Assembly: GCA_964019425.1 (NCBI GenBank)
Contig: OZ025805.1
Coordinates: forward strand, 310,001 to 374,000
Direction: 5' to 3'
DNA: 64,000 bases
Source of the DNA: Flectonema sp. DT1601
Taxonomy: Eukaryota
The position numbers and the translations under genes are program-made. The notes under the pieces were generated by a model. It searched no databases and was not told where the DNA came from. It was given only the letters and a program-made list of their open reading frames with translations. Below are positions 55,486-64,000 of this stretch, one piece after another. Every line of letters starts with the position of its first letter. Within the stretch, counting starts at the first letter, position 1.

Positions 55486-57024
55486 ATGACAATGCAAGTT
55501 TTCGTGACGTGTCCTGATTGGGGACTCCCCGCAGTGACAGTGACGGCTGGTGCTGATTCGGTTGTGAGCGACGTGTTGACGGCGGCGGCTGAGGAGTGGG
55601 ATGTGGATCCGGATGAAGTTGAACTCTCGTTTGCTGGTGATACCCTTTGCGAAACTGATCGGCTGGCAGATCATGGAGTGGTTGCAGACAGCGAGTTTGA
55701 AATGTGGACGAAGCAGTTTAGGATATTCGGTAAAAGCTGGTTTGTTGATGATGCAAAACGGGAGAAGCTGCTTCTTTGGATGAGAGACCACATTACGGAG
55801 TATTTATATCTGGACACTGCGACATTCACAGAAGATGGTTGCCTCACTGTTGACGGTGACCTGCTTCCTTCAGATGCCAAACAGGTTGCTTTCCGCAATT
55901 CAAATTCCAACAGCACAGCCATGTCATCAGTTACCACTATCGGAGATGAGTTCTTGTATGAGTGTTCAATCACTTCTCTTGACCTTTCAGGTCTTAGTAG
56001 TGTCACTACTATTGGAGATAAGTTCTTGTATTTCTGTTCAGAAATCACTTCTGTTAACCTTTCAACTCTTAGTTGTGTTACCATTATTGGTAATAATTTC
56101 TTTTATTACTGCAATCATATAACTTCTCTTGACCTTTCAGGTCTTAGTAGTGTCACCGCTATTGGTTATAATTTCTTGTCTTCCTGTTCCCAAATCACTT
56201 CTCTTGACCTTTCAGGTCTTGGTAGTGTCACCACCATTGGTGAAGGTTTCTTTTCTTTCTGTGAACAAATCACTTCTCTTGACTTTTCATGTCTTAGTAG
56301 TGTCACCACTATTGGTGATGAATTCTTGTCTTCCTGTGAACAAATCACTTCTCTTGACCTTTCAGGTCTTAGTAGTGTCACCACTATTGAGAATGATTTC
56401 TTGTCTTGCTGTAAACAAATCACTTCTCTTGACCTTTCAGGTCTTGGTAGTGTCACCGCTATTGGGAATTATTTCCTGTATTACTGTGATGAAATCACTT
56501 CTCTTGACCTTTCAGGTCTTAGTAGTGTCACCACTATTGGGAATTATTTCCTGTATAACTGTGAACAAATCACTTCTCTTGACTTTTCATGTCTTAGTAG
56601 TGTAACCACTATTGGTGATGAATTCTTGTCTTCCTGTGAACAAATCACTTCTCTTGACCTTTCAGGTCTTAGTAGTGTCACCACTATTGGAGATAGATTC
56701 TTGTCTTTCTGTAAAGAAATCACTTCTGTAAACTTTTCAGGTCTTAGTAGTGTCACCACTATTGGTGATTATTTCTTGTCTTTCTGTGAACAAATCACTT
56801 CTCTTGACCTTTCAGGTCTTAGTAGTGTCACCACTATTGGTGATTATTTCTTGTCTTCCCGTTCACAAATTACTTCTCTTGACCTTTCAGGTATTAGTAG
56901 TGTCACAACTATTGGTTATCGCTTTCTCGATGAATGTGACTCTCTTGAATCTGTGCAGCTTCCTGAAAGTAATAGCGCTCTATTTGAGGAGTCTGTGAAA
57001 GCAGCGATTGATCATTCAGGATAA
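55486..57024 (+). CDS. Ubiquitin-like + BspA-type LRR protein, copy 6 (14 repeats)
   Basis: Intact 512-aa paralog. Confidence 0.88.
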   Translation: MTMQVFVTCPDWGLPAVTVTAGADSVVSDVLTAAAEEWDVDPDEVELSFAGDTLCETDRLADHGVVADSEFEMWTKQFRIFGKSWFVDDAKREKLLLWMRDHITEYLYLDTATFTEDGCLTVDGDLLPSDAKQVAFRNSNSNSTAMSSVTTIGDEFLYECSITSLDLSGLSSVTTIGDKFLYFCSEITSVNLSTLSCVTIIGNNFFYYCNHITSLDLSGLSSVTAIGYNFLSSCSQITSLDLSGLGSVTTIGEGFFSFCEQITSLDFSCLSSVTTIGDEFLSSCEQITSLDLSGLSSVTTIENDFLSCCKQITSLDLSGLGSVTAIGNYFLYYCDEITSLDLSGLSSVTTIGNYFLYNCEQITSLDFSCLSSVTTIGDEFLSSCEQITSLDLSGLSSVTTIGDRFLSFCKEITSVNFSGLSSVTTIGDYFLSFCEQITSLDLSGLSSVTTIGDYFLSSRSQITSLDLSGISSVTTIGYRFLDECDSLESVQLPESNSALFEESVKAAIDHSG

Positions 57025-57744
57025 AGTGGTGAATTGATTCTTAAAATTTTATTGTTATTTTTATTTCTATCCACTGGGAAGTGAAACGAAGAAAATATTA
57101 AACTTTTGTGAACTTGCGAAACTGAATTCAATTTCTGTAGCTGATTAGAAATATTTTTTCGAAAAAGGAAAACTCGCACATCCTTCCCGAGTGAAAATCC
57201 TGTCAAAATGATCAAAAGATAATTGTTGATCTGTTTTTCCCTTTGACTGTAATATATCGTTTCATTCCTTTAGTGTAATTGTCTTGTTTTATTTTATTAG
57301 AATCATTTCTCTTTTCTTACCATTACTTTATTTCTTATTTTCTGATCGAATGTGGCTCCGATGGACTTTATGAAATCAGTTCTTTTGAAATAGACCAATT
57401 GATGGATCCGATTTATTAATTAACTGGAATGAAGTCCCTTAGAACTTACTGATGAAGGCCTAAGAGGGACAAGCAGTATGAGATTAAGGCTCCTGAAAAC
57501 TACGTATTCCACAAGTGTATTATGGAACAGCGGAACAATCGTGTTCTTATAATTTTTCTTTTTTTTTTTTTTTATATGAGGTCAAAAGTCTGGTACCGTT
57601 TTGGTCAACGGTAAACTGCGGGCATGTACAACTCAATCGAGACCCAACACCGTCTGAAACATGCCCCAAAGAATTCAATTCCGGGTGTGAGATCTCACTT
57701 TATTCGTAATACTTGTAAAAAAAAAAAGAAATCCTGCATTTTTT

Positions 57745-58394
57745 GCTTGTGGCTTACAGAGAACTGGCTTGTGGCTACAGAGAACTGGCTTGTGGCTTAC
57801 AGAGAACTGGCTTGTGGCTTACAGAGAACTGGCTTGTGGCTTACAGAGAACTGGCTTGTGGCTTACAGAGAACTGGCTTGTGGCTTACAGAGAACTGGCT
57901 TGTGGCTACAGAGAACTGGCTTGTGGCTTACAGAGAACTGGCTTGTGGCTACAGAGAACTGGCTTGTGGCTTACAGAGAACTGGCTTGTGGCTTACAGAG
58001 AACTGGCTTGTGGCTTACAGAGAACTGGCTTGTGGCTACAGAGAACTGGCTTGTGGCTACAGAGAACTGGCTTGTGGCTTACAGAGAACTGGCTTGTGGC
58101 TACAGAGAACTGGCTTGTGGCTTACAGAGAACTGGCTTGTGGCTTACAGAGAACTGGCTTGTGGCTTACAGAGAACTGGCTTGTGGCTTACAGAGAACTG
58201 GCTTGTGGCTTACAGAGAACTGGCTTGTGGCTTACAGAGAACTGGCTTGTGGCTTACAGAGAACTGGCTTGTGGCTTACAGAGAACTGGCTTGTGGCTTA
58301 CAGAGAACTGGCTTGTGGCTACAGAGAACTGGCTTGTGGCTTACAGAGAACTGGCTTGTGGCTTACAGAGAACTGGCTTGTGGCTTACAGAGAA
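57745..58394. repeat. Minisatellite, about 30 units of GGCTTGTGGCT(T)ACAGAGAACT (22/21 bp)
   Basis: Direct tandem repeat with no spacers; the only variation seen is a one-T deletion. Confidence 0.97.
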
Positions 58395-58733
58395 ACCCAA
58401 ATATTACATATGCAGCAAGTATCATCCCCCAAATCTATATTCTAATATTTCATTATAAAAATAAATGGAATTATCGGTAAAAATAATACTTTTAACGTGA
58501 TAATTATTATTAGTATCACGTTCTACACTTTTTGCGCTTCCAAAGGACGTAGTCACATTCTGATCGCAAGAGCCCTGAGTAGAACTCGGGAGAGTTACCA
58601 TCAGTTTTGAGTTGATTTGTATGCGTCAAAAAAAAGTCAATTGCTGTCAAGTCCCATTGTGCAACTTGAAATGCATAGTTATACCCAAACTGTACTTCTT
58701 CTGCTGATAATAATGTGATGATGACTCTTGTGG

Positions 58734-58789
58734 TAAGGAGTCTTCTCCTTAGGTACCTGTGGCAAGGTACTGAAGGAGAAGACTCCTTA
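58734..58789. repeat. Near-perfect inverted repeat (17-bp perfect arm plus 6-bp inner stem)
   Basis: TAAGGAGTCTTCTCCTT / AAGGAGAAGACTCCTTA enclosing GTACCT-GTGGCA-AGGTAC. Confidence 0.9.
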
Positions 58790-59976
58790 TAATCAAGTTT
58801 TATAATTAAATCATCTCCGTATCAGAAGTGTTTTCTGAATAGACTGAAATGAATAAAAAATACCCTGTGATGATAACAACTCCATTTTTTATTCTCCTTT
58901 TTTTATTTTCACTAAAATCTTTCTAATATTTTATTGCATGGCATTCACTCCAGATCGAAGTTATTATTATTTTTAAAACAGCGACGCGGATGTAAATTAT
59001 TTGAGACAGAGGCTATCTGGAGTTCTACATTTTATATTTTACTCTAACTTCTGACTTCTTAAGGAAAATAAATACATGAAGTAGAAATGTAAGGAAGTAC
59101 AGTATTGATGTATGTGTTTGAACTGTTCAATAATCAGAAAGACTCACAAGCAGCGATTCGTACTTCTGTTTTTCCTTTGAAATCAATGAATAATGTAAAC
59201 CTTGTGCTGAATGAGTCACATCCTTGTAGTGTTCACTTTCATTCATTCAGGTCACTGAAACAGATGAATCCTTTAGTAAAACAGTATTCATACCCCTTTG
59301 AGGGAATGTAATTACATGTCGCATCCTCGTAGTATTCGATACCCAGATGTCATTTGTACGAGTTCTTTCTAACAGAACCTTTCCCACCTCACAGCAAATT
59401 ATTTAAAAATGACAATGCAAGTTTTTGTGACGTGTCCTGATTGGGGACTCCCCGCAGTGACAGTGACGGCTGGTGCTGATTCAGTTGTGAACGACGTGTT
59501 GACGGCGGCTGCTGAGGAATGGGATGTGGATCCGGAGGAAGTTGAACTCTCGTTTGCTGGTGATACCCTTTGCGAGACTGATCGGCTGGCAGATCATGGA
59601 GTGGTTGCAGACAGCGAGTTGGAAATGTGGAAGAAGCAGTTTAGGATATTCGGTAAATGCTGGTTTGTTGATGATGCAAAACGGGAGAAGCTGCTTCTTT
59701 GGATGAGAGACCACATTACGGAGTATTTATATCTGGACACTGCCACATTCACAGAAGATGGTTGCCTCACTGTTGACGAGGGGTTGCTTCCTTCAGATGC
59801 CAAACGGATTTCCTTCCGCTATTTAAATTGCAATAGCACGGTAATCTCACAGGTTACTGCTATTGGAGATAACTTCTTGTGTAACTGTTCAGAAATCACT
59901 TCTCTTGACCTTTCAGGTCTTAGTAGTGTCACCAGTATTGGAGATGATTTTTTGTTTAATTGTTCACAAATCACTT

Positions 59977-60049
59977 GGGTAACGAAACTCGGATAGCGCG
60001 CCTCCTCGTGGTGTTACCTGGATGCACCTTGTGTGTAACTAGAGTGCTG
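59977..60049 (+). ncRNA. HDV-like ribozyme at the 5' end of SINE-like copy 2
   Basis: Canonical 7-bp P1 GGGUAAC/GUUACCU with G1-U wobble, P2 UAGCGC/GUGCUG, P3 GCC/GGU, L3 UCCUCGU, P1.1 GG, P4, J4/2 ACUAGA (C60039). Confidence 0.85.
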
Positions 60050-60671
60050 ACGTATTGTTGTTGTTGCTGTGTATTCTTTTACCCCCGTTTTATTTTCCGG
60101 TAGCCTAACCTTTAAAAAAAAAGGACAACATAGCAGAAGGTCAGGTGATCCGGCCCGGGATACTCAGGCACCCAGAGCTCACAGGGGCCACCGGGTTTTT
60201 ATTTTTTCCTTAGTGGCATGATTTCCCTTTACCCCCATTTCCTTCAAACTTCCCCCGTTTAGTCTTTTCACGCATGGGGGGATTATAAGTTCAGGTCGCC
60301 TGAAATGTATTAACAGTATCAGCCCCGCGAGTTACTCGGGGAGCTCCCATGCAATGTGTGGAGAAAGAGGCCATCCCTCCCCCTACCTCTCTGCTTTACT
60401 ACGTCGTTTTTTGTGTGTGGCATTTCTTTTCTTATATTCTTTTCTTTTCAATCTTGTTCCTTCACACGCGGTTGTTCGAGCGGTTGTGAACCACCTTGGG
60501 TCTCTTACGGTCTCCAAGCTACTGTTGTGCGAAGAAACAAATCTGTTGGTGCGGTGGCCTTCCGACGCCACCTGGACCGCAACTCGTTCACAGTGCCCTA
60601 CCCGGTTCTCCACCGGACCGCCTGAGCGACGGGATCCATGGGATTCAAACCCCTAAACACTGGTTAATTTT
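59977..60671 (+). mobile_element. Non-autonomous SINE-like retroelement, copy 2 (695 bp), with 20-bp TSD
   Basis: TAATTGTTCACAAATCACTT is duplicated at 59957-59976 and 60672-60691. Confidence 0.93.
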
Positions 60672-63235
60672 TAATTGTTCACAAATCACTTCTCTTGACC
60701 TTTCGGGTCTTACTAGTGTCACCAGTATTGGAGATTGTTTTTTGTATTATTATTGTTCAGAAATCACTTCTCTTGACTTTTCCGGTCTTAGTAGTGTCAC
60801 CAGTATTGGAAATTATTTCTTGTATGAGTGTTCAAAAATTACTTCTCTTGACCTTTCAGGTCTTAGTAGTGCCACCACTATTGGTGATTATTTCTTGTAT
60901 GAGTGTTCAGAAATCACTTCTCTTGATCTTTCTGTTCTTAGTGATGTGAATAAAATTGGTGAGTGCTTCCTCGATAATTGCAGCGCCCTGAAAAGTGTTC
61001 AGCTGCCTCAAAATAATAGAGCTCTCTTTGAACTGTCTGTTAAATGTAAAGTGTTAAGTTGATTCTTGGTTGTCATTTATTTTTTGTATTTTTGTCGGGT
61101 TGAGTCTCCTCCTGCGGTGAAATCCCCTTGGGGTAGATAAAGAACGTTTCTTTCCTTTAGTGTAATGGTCTTATTTTATTTTAGTATCATTTCTCTCTCT
61201 TATCATTACTTTATTTATTATTTTCTGATCTAATGTGGCGTTATCAGCTCAAACAATTTTGCTAACTAAACTAAACTAAACTAAACTAAACACTGTCTGC
61301 TCACGTGGGCGGTAGGTTTAGGTTGTCATTTGTTTCAGGTTATTCTACGTCTGTGAGAGTCTCACGGTTGCTGGATCCTACTTGCTAATCGCCCGTTCTT
61401 TTGCTGATTATTTTCATATAAAATCTTGTAATCCGGGTGTGATTTTTTTTTGCGAAATCAATTATTCCCTTTATCAGACTCTACTCCCACTTCTCTTCCC
61501 CTAAGTACTACTACATCTGCACCCTTTCATAGTGTAGATATTTCTTTTGTTGGATACAATTCTGGTGTTTGTCTTGACCTTCAATCTTAACATATACTTC
61601 TTTCTCAGGTGGCAATATAAGTGATGGAAGGCGCAAATTACTCATTTCCTCTTCATTTCAGCAAACCCAACATATACAGTTCTGGTGTTTGTCTTACCTT
61701 TTTAGCTGCTGATTTAATTCATATGCTGGTATGGTTGTTGTTAATAAGACAAAAAAGAAAATTATATTTTGCATTTAACAAGTATCGTAAGAACAAAAAA
61801 GAATGTTGGGGGCAGCACACGTACCCTTTATCAGTTTAAGTGGGTTCACGGTTTCGTGCACAAACAAAAAACTCACAAAATGTCGAAAGTAGATATCCCA
61901 CAAGATTTCGACTGGTCAACTGTCGAGGTGCCTGAGATAGTCACCAGGATGGATTAGATGTATCTTCTCAATACACCTGACATGTAACTCCAATGTGAGA
62001 ATCTATTTCAATAATTCCTCTCATTGTTGTTCGCTTCTCAGCTTCGGACTTTATGAGCGCCAAGGAAGGAAGTTACGATGATGTTGAAGGTCCCAGAGAT
62101 CCACCCATTACGTCTGTTAACATCACAGATACATGTGGCGAATACTAAAGATGCCGGGCAGGCAAGCTTCTTTCAGAGATTGTTGCCTATGAGATGGTAG
62201 TTGCACACATTCATACAGCGCAGAAACTGCTGAAACTCAACCCCAGGTAGAGAACAGTACTGTGTGTATGAGATAGTGTCTTTTAGAGGGGAGTTATTAT
62301 TAACTAGGTCATCATGTTTTCAACAGTAACAGTAATCGCCTCTCTCCTTTTTCTTGATACATGGAGGAGTTTTATACTATGGTACCACTCGAGGTTACTA
62401 GTTCATCTTGAACCTGATTTTTCATGTCAGGTGTTACAACTGACAGGCAACCACTGACTTCCACCTTCTTGTCCCTGTTCTTCCACAATTCCTTTCCTAC
62501 TTCTATCCCAGTCTTATTCACTTCTGCTATCCCCAGCCACTGGAACATAGAGTTTGTAGCAGTGTCCTCAAGCAGCTATAGATTCCAGATAAATTCCAGT
62601 AATCCTGAGGGTGTACTTATTGTGAGTAGCATGCTCACATTGCTCAACCCATCACTGCCAGCAAGGGTGACTCAGAATCACCACCCGATATCGTACTCTG
62701 CAGTTCTCACGGGATCTATGATTCTCCTGTCTCATCACTTCTCCTGTTCCTATCATTCCGGTCTTCATAGGAATCCAGGGTGTAAACAAATTTCTGCAAT
62801 GTAGCTGCTAAGCTGGTTTTTGAGTATTTTGAGGGCAACCAACAGAGATACAAGGCAAAAGTACCAGAAACAGTCAAAAAATATGGAATTTTGAAACTGG
62901 TGAGCAGTTAGAGGATGCCCCAGTACCGGATTTGAGTTTTTTGGATAGTATTTTCGTGGGGTGGTGAGCTCGGATTGGGTGTTAGGTGCCCACAGAATAG
63001 CCTGGTAAAAATTGGGGGGGGGGGGGTTTCTGCACCGCCTCATATTTTATTGCATGGCATTTGCTCCAGATCGAAGTTATTATTATTTTTAAAACAGCTA
63101 CCCGGATGTACATTATTTTAGACAGAGGCTATCCGAAATTTTCAACTTTTTCATTATAGTTTTTTATAAACAATGTTTTTTTTTAATCTAAACTTCCATC
63201 ACAGGATACTTTTTCTCACCACAAGAACTCTTGCG

Positions 63236-63420
63236 ATGCAGGTTTCTGTAGTGTTTCCCGACTCAGGATTTGGAGATGCAGTTTTGACATCAACATCAGA
63301 GTCTGTCGTACGTGATGTTATAGAAACAGTTAACTGAGGAATGGGATGTTGACTCAGAATTTATTGAGATGATGGTATTGCGGTGATGTTTTTTAGAAAG
63401 GAATGGTTTTACTGATTTGA
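63236..63420 (+). pseudogene. Decayed, divergent fragment of the UBL domain of the LRR family
   Basis: Translates as MQVSVVFPDSGFGDAVLTSTSESVVRDVIETV, then after a frameshift EEWDVDSEFIEM; this aligns to MQVFVTCPDWGLPAVTVTAGADSVVSDVLTAAAEEWDVDPDEVEL. Confidence 0.7.
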
Positions 63421-63807
63421 ATAAGATAAATAAATTGCTAACACCGAGTAATGACATTTATTTTGAACAATAAAATTAGATTAGACTTGTGAGACATTTA
63501 GCCCTGATCAGTAGCATAGGATCAGAGTTTATATTCGGTTGGGAATATTTGAAAAAAATAAGCAGGGAAGTTCTCCATTGATATCGGAAATGAGTACCTA
63601 GGCATGGGTCACATCCTTGTAGTGTTCACTTTTATTCATTCAGGTCACTGAAACAGATGAATCCTTTAGTAAAACAGTATTCATACCCCTTTGAGGGAAT
63701 GTAATTACATGTCGCATCCTCGTAGTATTCGATACCCAGATGTCACTTGTACGAGTTCTTTCTAACAGAACCTTTCCCACCTCACAGCAAATTATTTAAA
63801 AAAGACA

Positions 63808-64000
63808 ATGCAAGTTTTTGTGACGTGTCCTGATTGGGGACTCCCCGCAGTGACAGTGACGGCTGGTGCTGATTCAGTTGTGAACGACGTGTTGACAGAG
63901 GCTGCTGAGGAATGGGATGTGGATCCGGAGGAAGTTGAACTCTCGTTTGCTGGTGATACCCTTTGCGAAATTGATCGGCTGGCAGATCATGGAGTGGTTG
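63808..64000 (+). CDS. UBL-LRR copy 8, 5' part (runs off the window end)
   Basis: ATGCAAGTTTTTGTGACGTGTCCTGATTGG start, preceded by the conserved upstream block. Confidence 0.85.
   Translation, partial: MQVFVTCPDWGLPAVTVTAGADSVVNDVLTEAAEEWDVDPEEVELSFAGDTLCEIDRLADHGVV

Larger units (their letters stand above)
59409..61062 (+). pseudogene. UBL-LRR copy 7 (about 6 repeats, divergent C-terminus), interrupted by SINE-like copy 2
   Basis: The ORF from 59409 runs into the insertion and stops at 59996. The LRR frame resumes at 60672 and ends at 61062. Confidence 0.88.

Noticed and set aside
57624..58480. Three overlapping 229-273 aa ORFs and a CRISPR-like look
   Set aside because: They are translations of a spacer-less 21/22-bp minisatellite; there are no unique spacers and no cas genes.
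61880..62960. Higher-complexity segment that may be a decayed gene or element (ORF 62424-62804)
   Set aside because: No recognisable motif in the frames I checked, and stops interrupt the minus-strand frames; it cannot be assigned without a search.

Overview
AT-rich eukaryotic DNA with long poly-A/poly-T intergenic tracts. Every credible gene is on the + strand and apparently intronless, which suggests a euglenozoan, possibly diplonemid-like, genome (inference). The first 30 kb holds single-copy genes: a membrane protein, a CCCH-type zinc-finger protein, a TET/JBP-associated (base J-type) glycosyltransferase-like protein, a full-size ABCA transporter, a RING/TRAF zinc-finger protein and a TPR plus pseudo-tyrosine-phosphatase protein. 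Short dispersed repeats lie between them. The last 33 kb is a tandem array of at least 8 copies of a ubiquitin-like + 25-aa BspA-type LRR gene, with variable repeat number and a hypervariable patch in each repeat. The main finding is that this array carries three retroelement insertions, all in sense orientation and all at the same register of the 75-bp LRR unit (TGTTCACAAATYACT). One is a 7.7-kb autonomous APE/RT non-LTR retrotransposon. The other two are copies of a 0.7-kb non-coding element, each with its own 20-bp target-site duplication. All three start with a hand-foldable HDV-like ribozyme. In the LINE, ORF1 and ORF2 are in frame, separated by a single UGA followed by a 2A/StopGo motif (GDVERNPGP), and ORF2 ends in three unusual Cys/His repeats. 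Together this looks like a site-specific LINE/SINE-like system targeting a protein-coding repeat. All structures and homologies were read by eye; no searches were run.
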